Below are positions 51,677 to 61,949 of a stretch of DNA of 64,000 bases, one piece after another. The stretch lies in assembly GCA_963814475.1 (NCBI GenBank), contig CAWFDA010000044.1:146589-210588 (forward strand), written 5' to 3'. The DNA comes from an uncultured Bacteroidota bacterium (GTDB lineage Bacteria; Bacteroidota; Bacteroidia; AKYH767-A; OLB10). How positions within the stretch are numbered: position 1 is the stretch's first letter; every line of letters starts with the position of its first letter. The notes beneath the pieces are model-generated. The model saw only the letters and a program-made list of their open reading frames with translations, made no database searches and was not told the origin of the DNA. The translations under genes and the position numbers were made by a program.

Positions 51677-53170
51677 TCAATTCCCCATAATTCTACTTAT
51701 AACAACTTCAGATCCCGGAGAAACCAAATCCGTTAACCAAAAAGGTGCAATACCTATGGCAACAATACCTAAGATTAGAATACCTGCCGCAAACTTCTCG
51801 TTCCATGAAGCATCTGTAAAGTGATTATGATCATCATTAATAATAGGCCCCATAATAACTTTACCAACAGCTCTTAATATGTACACTGCCGTTACAACTA
51901 TTGATGCACAGGCAAGAATAGTAGCCAACCGGTAAAGCATGTCAGTATTCTGCCAAGCTCCCATAAATACAGTCATTTCGGCAACGAAGCCACTGAAACC
52001 GGGTAATCCTAAGGAACATAAACCTGCAATGACAAACACCGTTGATATAAATGGCATCACTTTTAATAATCCACCTATTTGTTGTACTTCACGTGTATGA
52101 GTTCGTTCGTAAATCATTCCAATTGCGGCGAAGAATAATGCTGTCATGAGCCCATGTGAAACCATTTGCATAACAGCACCGGTGATAGAGGTGTGTGTAA
52201 GCATTCCGATTCCCAGTAACACAAATCCACAATGACTTACTGAAGAATACGCATTAATATATTTTAGATCGGTTTGCATCATGGTAGCAAATGCACCATA
52301 AATAATTGCAATGGTAGAAAGTAGAATAATAATACCTGAATATTCTGCTGCAGCTTCCGGCATCAGCAATACAGCAACTCTCAAACATCCATATCCACCC
52401 AATTTCATTGATATTCCTGCAAGGAACATAGAAGCTGCAGTGGGAGCAGAGGAGTGACCATCAGGCACCCACGTATGGAAAGGGAAGAGAGCAGTGAATA
52501 TTCCAAATCCGATAAAGGCAAATGGGAAAAATAGTTTTTGTATATCCAAAGGAATTTTCATGGTTGAAATTTCCAGAATGTTAAATGTGTGTGATCCATC
52601 AGGTAAATAGGAGTTGAAATATATTCCTATCAAACCCACAAAAACTAAAGCAGATCCTCCCATGAGCATGAGTGCCAATTTCATTGCACTGTATTCTTTT
52701 TTGCCGCTGCCCCAGATTCCGATTAGTAAGAATTTTGGAATCACAGCTATCTCTAAAAAGAAAAAGAGACTGAATAAATCCAGAGAGATAAAGAATCCGT
52801 AAGCACCCAAACTTAAAAATAGCAAGAGGAAGAAAAATTCTTTATTCATGTATTCCATTTTCCATGAAACCAATATCCCTGCCAACACAACAAATGCTGT
52901 GAGAAGAATCATTGCCACAGAAATTCCATCAACACCAATCTGATAATTTATATTTAGAGGAGCAAACCAAGTATAGCTATTTTGAAAAAGCATTTGTGAA
53001 GTGTTTCCGGCAGCTCTTTCGATGGTGTAACTATAAAATAAAGCAAATGACAACAACAGTTGAATGAATGCACTAGTTGCTGCTACCATACGCACCTGTT
53101 TCAGTCCACTGCAAAATAAAATTGCAATTGCTGAAATTAATGGTATGAGTAAAAGGAGATTAAGATCCAT
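51677..53170 (-). CDS. nuoM: NADH-quinone oxidoreductase subunit M
   Basis: 497-aa antiporter-like subunit. Confidence 0.85.
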   Translation of the reverse strand: MDLNLLLLIPLISAIAILFCSGLKQVRMVAATSAFIQLLLSFALFYSYTIERAAGNTSQMLFQNSYTWFAPLNINYQIGVDGISVAMILLTAFVVLAGILVSWKMEYMNKEFFFLLLFLSLGAYGFFISLDLFSLFFFLEIAVIPKFLLIGIWGSGKKEYSAMKLALMLMGGSALVFVGLIGIYFNSYLPDGSHTFNILEISTMKIPLDIQKLFFPFAFIGFGIFTALFPFHTWVPDGHSSAPTAASMFLAGISMKLGGYGCLRVAVLLMPEAAAEYSGIIILLSTIAIIYGAFATMMQTDLKYINAYSSVSHCGFVLLGIGMLTHTSITGAVMQMVSHGLMTALFFAAIGMIYERTHTREVQQIGGLLKVMPFISTVFVIAGLCSLGLPGFSGFVAEMTVFMGAWQNTDMLYRLATILACASIVVTAVYILRAVGKVIMGPIINDDHNHFTDASWNEKFAAGILILGIVAIGIAPFWLTDLVSPGSEVVISRIMGN

Positions 53171-53187
53171 AATTTATTTTCTTCAGT

Positions 53188-55115
53188 TTACCAGATATAA
53201 AGAATTACAACTGTAAGCGTGATAATTCCACACAAAAAATAAATAGCATAGTTTTGAACTTTACCTGATTGAATTCCTCTGCTCAGTTCAGAAGCAAGAA
53301 CTGTTGCATTTCCCGAAAGGTTCACAGCACCATCTACAATATTTTTATCAATCCATGCAGCGGGTCGACCAATGAGATTGAATAATATTTTTTGAGTGAT
53401 AAACAGATATATTTCATCAATGTAAAATTTATGGTATGCCGCTTTATATATTCCACCAAAAGTATTTGCTACTCGTTCAGCTTTTTCGTTTTCACGGAAG
53501 TACATAGAATAAGCTATTGCAATTCCGGTAACGGCAAGCAGAACCGGAGCAATTGAAAATAGTAAATGTAATTCTGTGTGGGAAGGTATTCCGGAGGATG
53601 TAATAAATGATGCAAAGGGGAATAATCCGGTTGCAATAGTAAGCACTGCTAAAAGAATAAAGGAATTTTCATCGACCAAGTTCCTTCACCATGATGATTA
53701 TGTACATGTGCTTCTTTGTGGAAAAATATATTGAAGTATAATCTGAACATATAAAATGCAGTAAGTGCAGATGTGATTAATGCTACAAAATATACTATCT
53801 TATTTGAATTATAGGCAGCAAGTAAAATTTCTTCCTTGCTAAAAAATCCTGAGAAAGGAGGGATTCCTGCAATGGCTAAACAAGCAATTAAAAAAGTGAT
53901 GTGAGTTATAGGCATTAGTTTTTTTAATCCACCCATATCTTTCATTTCGTTGCTGTGAACCATGTGTATAACGGCTCCGGCTCCAAGGAAAAGTAATGAT
54001 TTAAAAAAGGCATGAGTGAATAAATGGAACAAGTGAACCGATGTAACCGCTATCATTATTTATTCCAATACCGGAAACTCCCAGAGCAAACATCATATAA
54101 CCAATTTGCGACATGGTAGAGTAGGCTAGTACTCTTTTTATATCGGTTTGTGTACATGCGATAATAGCTGCAAACACTGCGGAAGTTAATCCTACCCATG
54201 TTATCACATCTAAAGTGACAGGATCATTTGCAAAATACTGGGAACAAACGTGCAACAAGAAATACACCGGCAACAACCATCGTTGCAGCGTGAATCAAGT
54301 GCCGAAACTGGTGTTGGTCCTTCCATTGCATCGGGTAACCAAATGTGTAATGGAAACATTGCGGATTTTCCCGCTCCACCAATAAATATTAATGTTAATG
54401 CCCAAGTTAAAGTTGAAATTCCCAAGAAGGAGGTCGTCATCATTCCAGTGAGTTCTGTGCCGCTACTTCCTGTAAGTCGATCAATAATGGTTGCAAAATC
54501 GAGACTGCCTGCACCCAATCCAAGAATTAAAATTCCAATAAGAAAGCCTAGATCAGCAAAACGTGTAACAATAAATGCTTTTTTAGATGCTGCTACTGCA
54601 GATGGTTTGTTGAAATAATAACCTATTAAAAGATACGAGGAAACTCCAACCAATTCCCAAAACATATAGATCTGAAAGATGTTTGTTGAAACAACCAGTC
54701 CGAGCATTGAGAATGTGAACAGTGATAAATAGGAGTAATAGGTGCTGAACCGTTCTTCGCCTTTCATATAGCCTAAACTAAATACATGCACCATCAATGA
54801 AACGAAAGTGACCACTACCAACATCATCACCGAAAGTGGATCAAGCATAATTCCCATGTCGATGGAGAGTGTGTCGGTGAATTTAAGCCATGTAAATTTT
54901 ATGGGGATGATGGATTCATATCGTCCATTTACTAATCCATCGTGAAAGAAATATTTCCAAGCGGTGTAAATAGATAACACAGTGGAAGTAAGCAACGACA
55001 AAACACCAATTAAACCACTTTGATTTTTAAATAGTTTTTGCCCAAATAATCCCAGTAACAAAAATGTAGTTAATGGAAGCAGCGGAATGAGAGCTATGTA
55101 AGAGGCGTAATTCAT
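53188..55115 (-). CDS. nuoL: NADH-quinone oxidoreductase subunit L, broken into four ORFs by three frameshifts
   Basis: Consecutive overlapping ORFs encode contiguous NuoL segments totalling 642 aa. One shift is at a TTTT/AAAA run near 53655-53680. Confidence 0.75.
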
Positions 55116-55122
55116 GTTCTGA

Positions 55123-55437
55123 CTAATATTTTAATTCATCAGCATCTTCAACATCAATAGATTGATATTTTCGATACAGGTTAATAATAATAGCAATCGC
55201 AACAGCAGCTTCGGCCGCTGCAATTGCAACAATAAATATGGTAAAAAAGATCCCATCCATATTTTCGGGATAAAGATATTTGTTGAATGCTACAAAGTTG
55301 ATGTTTACACTGTTAAGCATCAATTCTACGGCCATCAACATGGTGATCATATTTCTTCTTGTGAACAAACCATACATGCCTATGAAGAACAAGGCAGTGC
55401 TCATAAATAGAATATGTTGTAAGGGAATCTCGTTCAT
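55123..55437 (-). CDS. nuoK: NADH-quinone oxidoreductase subunit K
   Basis: 104 aa with three TM helices; NuoK family. Confidence 0.85.
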   Translation of the reverse strand: MNEIPLQHILFMSTALFFIGMYGLFTRRNMITMLMAVELMLNSVNINFVAFNKYLYPENMDGIFFTIFIVAIAAAEAAVAIAIIINLYRKYQSIDVEDADELKY

Positions 55438-55946
55438 TTTTCGTTTTGTGATCTTATTGCAATAACTATTGCACCTATCATTGCTGCCAGTAAAAGCATA
55501 CTCACGGCTTCAAATGGTAACGCATATCCATGTTCACCAGTACTCAACATTTGTGTGCCTATTCTTTCAACGCTACTATCAAAACTCAGATTTTTGTCCT
55601 CAAAACCATATTCATTTATTAGCATGCAACTTAATGCAAAACCAATAAGTGCCGCTATGGTTGATGAAATATTTCTTTTCTTGGTTGTTTGTTTCATTTC
55701 CTTTCCGGATGATTGTGTAAGGAATATTGAAAATATAATGAGAACTACAATTCCACCCACATAAACTACAATTTGAACCGCTGCAATAAATTCCACTTCT
55801 AACCAAAAATAGAAACCGGCAATACCAATAAGAGATCCCAAAAGATAAATTGCTGACCTAAAAATTTTACGAGTTGTAACAGCAAGTATTCCCGATCCGA
55901 GAATCAGTGCGGCAAGAAGATAGAATATGATCACCGAAGCGCTCAT
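55434..55946 (-). CDS. nuoJ: NADH-quinone oxidoreductase subunit J
   Basis: 170-aa membrane protein in operon position. Confidence 0.8.
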   Translation of the reverse strand: MSASVIIFYLLAALILGSGILAVTTRKIFRSAIYLLGSLIGIAGFYFWLEVEFIAAVQIVVYVGGIVVLIIFSIFLTQSSGKEMKQTTKKRNISSTIAALIGFALSCMLINEYGFEDKNLSFDSSVERIGTQMLSTGEHGYALPFEAVSMLLLAAMIGAIVIAIRSQNEK

Positions 55947-56452
55947 TATTCAACCCCCTCCCTTATTTTAGATTCCGGTTTGTTTAATACTTTCGTAAGC
56001 AGACTACGATCAAACACGCTGTGTTCAAATTTCTGATCCATTTTTATGGCATCTGTAGGACAGGCTTCAATACATAAATTACACATTGTACAAAGTTCCA
56101 GGTGATAAACAAATTTATCGATCGCTTTCTTCTTCTTGCCTTCGGCATTAACTTCTTGTTTGGTAACAATTTTAATAGTCCCATTTGGACAAGCCAATTC
56201 ACAGGCAGTACAACCGGTGCAAGCATGTTCGTTATTTTCATCATGTGTCATTATTACCTCGCCCCGAAAACGATCGGCTAAAATTAATGTAGCTCTGTTA
56301 TCAGGATACTGCTCAGTAATTTCTTCCTTCTTATGATTAACAAAATATCGCCCGGTCATCCTCATGCCTTTTAGCAAAGAACTAACTCCCAAGTAAATAT
56401 CTTTTATGTAGTCTTTTATAAACATTTTTTTCATTAATACTTTCACTCGCAA
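55946..56452 (-). CDS. nuoI: NADH-quinone oxidoreductase subunit I (2x[4Fe-4S] ferredoxin)
   Basis: Two CxxCxxCxxxCP motifs (CTGCTACELACP and CTMCNLCIEACP). Confidence 0.85.
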   Translation of the reverse strand: MRVKVLMKKMFIKDYIKDIYLGVSSLLKGMRMTGRYFVNHKKEEITEQYPDNRATLILADRFRGEVIMTHDENNEHACTGCTACELACPNGTIKIVTKQEVNAEGKKKKAIDKFVYHLELCTMCNLCIEACPTDAIKMDQKFEHSVFDRSLLTKVLNKPESKIREGVE

Positions 56453-56454
56453 AA

Positions 56455-56628
56455 ACTAACCTACTCGCCTTCACTAACTAACTCGCAACTCGCATTCACT
56501 AATAAACTAACAAACCAATAAATCAACAAACTATCAAATCAACAAACTAAAGAACTAACAAACTAAAGAACTAAAGAACCTGCCTGCCATCGCCAAGCAA
56601 AAGCTTGTCTTTGGCTTGGCAGGCAGGC
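56455..56628. repeat. AACAAACTA/AAAGAACTA word repeats followed by REP-like element copy 4 (reverse orientation, 56579-56628), inside the nuoI-nuoH spacer
   Basis: Read directly. The REP copy ends at the nuoH stop codon. Confidence 0.75.
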
Positions 56629-57705
56629 TAAAAATGCCATCCCAACAGTGCCATTAAAGTTACAAGTAATACATTAAACATACTGATAGGTAACAAATAT
56701 TTCCATTCAAGATTAAGCAGTTGATCTATTCGTAAACGTGGGAATGTCCAACGGAACCACATGATTACAAATATGAGAAAGAATGTTTTGCCAAAGAACC
56801 AAAGAGATGAAGGAATATAATCCATCCACTGATTGAAGGCTTGCCAGTTTCCGATATGGAACGGCATCCAACCTCCCAGAAAGAGTGTGGCTCCGATAGC
56901 ACACACTACAAATATATTGACATATTCCGCCAGGAAAAACAACGCGAATTTCATTCCTGAATATTCAGTATGAAAACCGGCGGTAAGTTCCGATTCGGCT
57001 TCTGCCAAATCGAATGGAGCGCGATTGGTTTCGGCTGTGACTGCAACAATAAAGATCACAAAGGAAATTAATACAGGAATATGTCCTTTGAAAATCCACC
57101 ACCCTGTTTGTTGAGCAGCAATAATTTCGGATACTTGCATACTTTCAGAGAGTATCACAATGGTAATAATGGATAAACCAGCTGAAAGTTCGTAGCTCAC
57201 AATTTGTGCACCGCTTCGCATTGCACCAAGCAACGAATATTTATTGTTACTTGCCCATCCGGCCATTAAAATTCCAATCACAGAAACGGAAGAAATAGCA
57301 GTAATGAAAAACACTCCAATATTTAAGTCCCAAATTTGAAAACCTTTTGCAAACATTAATGGTGCCATAATTACCATAGCAACAATCATCACTATATAAG
57401 GGGCAAGATTAAAAAGAAATTTATCGGCACCTGTTGGTGTCATGCCTTCCTTTACAATCAACTTTAATGTATCGGCAACGGTTTGAAACATACCACCCGG
57501 CCCCACACGGTTTGGGCCTAATACGTAGTTGCATCCATGCTGAAACACGACGCTCCATCATAATCAATACCAATCCTAAAACAGAAAAAAGTGTAATCAC
57601 CAGAATGCCGATAATAAAAAACTGCACAAACAAAGCCCATCCCGGACTCATCATCTGGTAAAGCCAGTTTTGTATTATATCAGTTATTGATTCTAGTGAA
57701 AACAT
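56628..57705 (-). CDS. nuoH: NADH-quinone oxidoreductase subunit H, split by one frameshift near 57421-57548
   Basis: Two overlapping ORFs encode the NuoH N- and C-terminal parts; joined length 359 aa. Confidence 0.75.
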
Positions 57706-57769
57706 TTTCTTTTATTCGAAGGCGTAAGAATTGTGCCTTTACTGCTGAGATTATATACAAAGAATATCT

Positions 57770-57912
57770 TTAGTCCTATTGACGAACGCGAAGTGGACTA
57801 CCGACTGAAGATTACCGACTGCATACTGCTTACCTCCGCCGCCTAACTGCCCACTGCCTACCGCCGCTGCCTAACCGCCGCCGCCTACCGCCGCCACCAA
57901 CCGCCGCCTACC
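57770..57912. repeat. Word-repeat island (TACCGACTG, CCGCCGCCTAC units) in the nuoD-nuoH spacer
   Basis: Read directly; it is locally GC-rich relative to its surroundings. Confidence 0.7.
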
Positions 57913-59024
57913 TATCAATATCCGGTATCACCAGATCCAATGTCCCCATAATAGCCACCATATCTCCTAATTTTTGGCCACGTACTATATGATCGAGTGC
58001 TGATAGATTTGAGAATCCTGGTGAACGGAATTTTATGCGGTAAGGAGTGGTGCCTCCTTCACTAACTACATATACGCCAAATTCACCACGAGCTGTTTCT
58101 ACGCGACTATAAAATTCACCTTTTGGTAATTTTAATACTGCTTTTGTTTTTCCTTGTATTTCACCTTCAGGAATGGAATCAATTAATTGATCAATAATGT
58201 CCATCGATTGTTGCATTTCCAGCAAACGAACTTTGTATCTTGCTAAGCTATCTCCTTCGGTTAATAATATTTCTTTGAAATTTAATTTTTCATAAACTTC
58301 GTAAGGATATAATTTTCTGATATCGCAATTCACTCCACTTGCTCGTGCGGTAGGACCACTGCAACCAAATGATATTGCATCTTCTTTCGAAAGTATACCA
58401 ATACCTTTCATTCTATTTTGAAAAATAATATTTCCTGTCAATAATTCGTCATACTCCTTTATCTTCACCCGAAAGTGTTTATTAAAAGCTTTTACTTTTT
58501 TGCAGAAGTCGGGATGAATATCAGCCATGATTCCCCCGGGAACAATATAATTCATGGTAAGTCGAGCACCACAGGTTTCTTCCATGATTTCATTAATCAT
58601 TTCTCGTTCCCGAAAGGAAAGAAAGAAAGGAGTGAAGGCACCAATATCCATTGCCATTGCTCCCCACCACAACTGATGTGAAGCAAGTCGTGTAAGTTCA
58701 TCCATTAACACACGAACAACTTGTGCTCTTTCAGGAACTTCAATTTGCATTCCCTTTTCAACAAGCAATGCACATCCGTGATTATTGATATGAGAGGATA
58801 AATAATCCATTCTGACTCGTCACATAAATGAATTGGCGATAAGTCAAACTTTCGCACATTTTTTCTATGGAGCGATGGATATATCCGAGATGTGGTTCAA
58901 CTTTTTTAATAGTCTCACCATTCAAAGTAATTACCAAATGCAACACACCATGGGTAGCAGGATGTTGTGGACCAATATTAATGACCAGGTCTCCTTCGGC
59001 AGTTGTTTTTACTTCTTCTAACAT
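57908..59024 (-). CDS. nuoD: NADH-quinone oxidoreductase subunit D, split by one frameshift near 58782-58810
   Basis: The N-terminal 80-aa ORF (MLEEVKTTAEGDLVINIGPQHPATHGVLHLV) plus the 300-aa ORF together give a full NuoD. Confidence 0.75.
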
Positions 59025-59026
59025 AA

Positions 59027-60034
59027 TCAGAGTTTAATCATGTTAATAGGATCCTCGTAATCTTTCCGCAAAGGAAAACCATCCCACACATCGGGAAGGA
59101 TTAAATTTCTTAAGTCAGGATGATTGATAAAATTTACACCAAACAATTCAAAAACTTCACGTTCGTGAAATTCTGCTGTCCGCCAAATATCACATACAGT
59201 TTCAACTTCAGGTTTTGTTCTGTCGAGTTTTATTTTGATAACCAGATGATGACGATGTGTAGTAGAAGTTAAATGATACACCATCGTTAAATGTGTTTTC
59301 CAGTCAACACAAGTCAAACAAAAAAGATAATCGAAGTTGAAACCTTCTGTCGATTTCAATGCTTTCGAGAGTGAAGGCCACTCTTCAGCAGGTACAACAG
59401 CATTGAGCCATTCACCACCTTCTTCGAAAGTAATTGAAGCTAATAATTCAGGTAGTACGGGCAGTAAGTTCTTCGCGATGTCATTTAAAAACTTTGTTCC
59501 GGTTTTTCCATTTTCATTTGTTCGCGGGTCATGCCACTTTTTATTTTTTCCTGTAAAGAAATCATAGGCATGAATGAGTGCTTCCGGACGAGGAGGGCAA
59601 CCGGCAATGTAAACATCAACCGGAATAATATGATCGGCACCTTTAACAACAGAATACGTATTGTAAAAAAATGGTCCTCCACTGGTTGCACAGGCTCCCA
59701 TGGCAATTACATATTTTGGTTCCGCCATTTGATCGTACAGTCGTTTCAAAACAGGAGCCATTTTATTCACTATGGTTCCTGCAATAATTATTACATCTGC
59801 TTGTCGTGGTGTTGCACGTGCTACTTCAAATCCAAAACGCGACCAATCATATTTTGCTGCAGCAGTACTCATCATTTCAATAGCACAGCAACTGGTTCCG
59901 AAAACCAATGGCCACAAGGAATTGCTACGTGCCCAATTGATGACCTGATCCATTTTGCTTACTAAATACCACCTCCGCGGAGTTTGAATTACTTCTCCGG
60001 GAAAAGGTGCAGGAGGTTTCGCGTTTACATCCAT
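59027..60034 (-). CDS. nuoBC: NuoB (20-kDa Fe-S subunit) fused in-frame to NuoC (30-kDa subunit)
   Basis: The N-terminal half has the NuoB cysteine motifs ([27 protein letters not shown]). The C-terminal half is NuoC-like ([21 protein letters not shown]). It is a single 335-aa ORF. Confidence 0.7.
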   Translation of the reverse strand: MDVNAKPPAPFPGEVIQTPRRWYLVSKMDQVINWARSNSLWPLVFGTSCCAIEMMSTAAAKYDWSRFGFEVARATPRQADVIIIAGTIVNKMAPVLKRLYDQMAEPKYVIAMGACATSGGPFFYNTYSVVKGADHIIPVDVYIAGCPPRPEALIHAYDFFTGKNKKWHDPRTNENGKTGTKFLNDIAKNLLPVLPELLASITFEEGGEWLNAVVPAEEWPSLSKALKSTEGFNFDYLFCLTCVDWKTHLTMVYHLTSTTHRHHLVIKIKLDRTKPEVETVCDIWRTAEFHEREVFELFGVNFINHPDLRNLILPDVWDGFPLRKDYEDPINMIKL

Positions 60035-60397
60035 TTCAGTGCTTTTTTCTTGTGAGCGTAAAAAAGCCCATAAATAATATAAAAAGGAAATATTAGGATT
60101 TCAACAAAGGCAAACCAACCTATTTTTTTTACAACAACTGCCCACGGAAATAAGAAAATTAGTTCTACATCGAAAATCAGAAATATTAAGTGCAAATAGG
60201 TAATATCCAACACTAAACTGAATCCAACTAGGGCCGATGGTTGGAATTCCACATTCGTAAGGTTCACCTTTCTGAACAGTGTGTGTGGTCTTTAAAACGA
60301 ACTTAGAAATGAGAATGGCAATGCCCGAAAAAGCAACTGCCGCCAACATTAAAGCTATAATCGAACCTGCACCCATATTGTTTTTGGTATGGTGCAA
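60025..60397 (-). CDS. nuoA: NADH-quinone oxidoreductase subunit A, split by a 1-base indel near 60185-60192
   Basis: The N-terminal ORF has PYECG. The C-terminal ORF has [14 protein letters not shown]. Removing one A from the AA restores ...[15 protein letters not shown]. Confidence 0.75.
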
Positions 60398-60405
60398 ATA
60401 TAATT

Positions 60406-60413
60406 AAGTAGTT
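60406..60413 (-). promoter_or_regulatory. Candidate Bacteroidetes sigma-A -7 box (TATATTTG on the minus strand) 18 nt upstream of the nuoA start codon
   Basis: An exact match to the published Bacteroidetes -7 consensus TAnnTTTG, with a TTG about 22 nt further upstream. Confidence 0.35.
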
Positions 60414-60530
60414 TGATTCATCAATAGCATCAATTTACATGTTTGAAAAATGTTGAAAAGTATGTGAGGATAGCAATAAAGAATAATTCTTGGAAAATTG
60501 ATAAGTGAATAAAAATCAGACCAATTAAAA

Positions 60531-60551
60531 ACTTCGACCTGTCAGGTCTCC
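60531..60551. promoter_or_regulatory. Solitary copy of the CGACCTGTCAGGTC palindrome (identical over 21 nt to units of the 30553-30719 array), about 140 bp upstream of nuoA
   Basis: Read directly from the sequence. Confidence 0.5.
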
Positions 60552-60628
60552 AAATGCGACTGTAAGGTCAAATCGGTAGACCTAACAGTGTGAAGTTTCA
60601 GGCCTCAATCAAGTCGAAAATTGGGCCA

Positions 60629-61394
60629 TCAATCGTACGACTCAAATTTTATCGATTTCTTATCGTAGCCCATGATTTCCAGACGTTGACGCGCTTCTTT
60701 CAGCATGTCAGCCCAGCCGCAGATGTAAAATTTAGCAGGTCTTTTGTCGGCGAAAATGTTCTTCATAAATGGAATGAACATATCCTTTGCGACCTGTCCA
60801 ACCCGGATTTTCTCTCGAAAGCACCGGAATAAATTTGAAATCCGGCATGTCTTTTTCCATTTGCTCAAACTCTTTCCGGTATAAAATATCTTTCTCCCAG
60901 CGATTTCCGAAAACCATGTAAATATTTTTGTGTGGAAGTTTACGGTTATAGATATCCAACAGCTGTGATCTTAAAGGAGCAATTCCGGTTCCGGTTCCAA
61001 TAAAGCAAATGTCGGTATCAATGGGTTCTTGCAAAGCGAATTTCCCTAAAACTTTGGAAACTTTAACATGAGTGCCAACTTTAAAATTCTCCCATTTATA
61101 AGGAGTGCCCAATCCATCGGGTTTTAGTACAATGCACAATTCAAAAATATTGTCGTTAGAAGGTGCCGACGCAATGGAATAACTTCTGTTGGTATATTTT
61201 GATTGAATGGGTAAATCAAGCATAATAAATTGACCTGCTTTAAAAGTAAACTGCATATCGTCAGGCATTTTGATATAAAAACGCTTTACCATATCCGTTT
61301 CATCAGTAATCTTTACAATTTTCGCATCATGATACTTGTAGGCCATAAATTTCTCTTTTTGGAGGGACAAAGTTAAAAAATTATAGCCGATCAT
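60629..61394 (-). CDS. Ferredoxin-NADP reductase-like FAD/NAD(P)-binding oxidoreductase, split by one frameshift near 60732-60868
   Basis: RSYSIAS FAD-binding and GTGIAPL NAD-binding motifs; the two ORFs join to about 255 aa. Confidence 0.65.
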
Positions 61395-61480
61395 GAAAAC
61401 GGAATTCGCGTGTCCCGGTTAACATGATCGGCCAAATTAGAATTGCCTATTTACAGCTAATTCATTTAAAATAAGTGGTT

Positions 61481-61879
61481 TTAATCTATTTCCTCACTGG
61501 GCGCCTTTGGTTTTTCAGCGCCATTCTTTTTTGGTTGCCCATTTTGAGCTTTGTGTTTTTCACGAGCTTCTTCTTTCATTTTTGCCCATTTTTCCTGCTG
61601 TTCTTTGGTCAAAAGTGCATTGATATCTGCATCAACTTTCGTCCTGTCGTTCCTGTCTAGAGTTCCTGCATCACGCTGCTTTTCTCTGTCGAGCAGAAGT
61701 GCGTGAATTTTTGATTGCTGTTCAGAGGTAAGTGTCAACTCTTGGGTGAGTTTACGAGTCATCATTGTGGCTCGTTCTTCTGCAGTTTTTTGGGTTCCCT
61801 GATTTTTTTCGTTTTGTGCAAATGTTGCTGTTGATAGAGCGGTAAATAGTAATACCGTGATAAATGCTGCTTTTTTCAT
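61481..61879 (-). CDS. Periplasmic LTXXQ-motif (Spy/CpxP-like, DUF4890-type) protein
   Basis: Signal peptide; Lys/Glu-rich; LTSEQQ and LTKEQQEKW motifs. Confidence 0.55.
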   Translation of the reverse strand: MKKAAFITVLLFTALSTATFAQNEKNQGTQKTAEERATMMTRKLTQELTLTSEQQSKIHALLLDREKQRDAGTLDRNDRTKVDADINALLTKEQQEKWAKMKEEAREKHKAQNGQPKKNGAEKPKAPSEEID

Positions 61880-61949
61880 AGTTGATTGTGGGTTATTTAT
61901 TTTGTTGGATGTACCATTTTTTGAATAGTTTAATTGATGATAAGAAATT

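Noticed and set aside
46784-61394. Calling uvrA, nuoL, nuoH, nuoD and nuoA genuine pseudogenes
   Set aside because: Each fragment set rejoins to the exact full-length protein through single-base shifts, several of them in homopolymers. Losing these essential functions together is implausible, so assembly error is favoured. This remains unverified without the reads.
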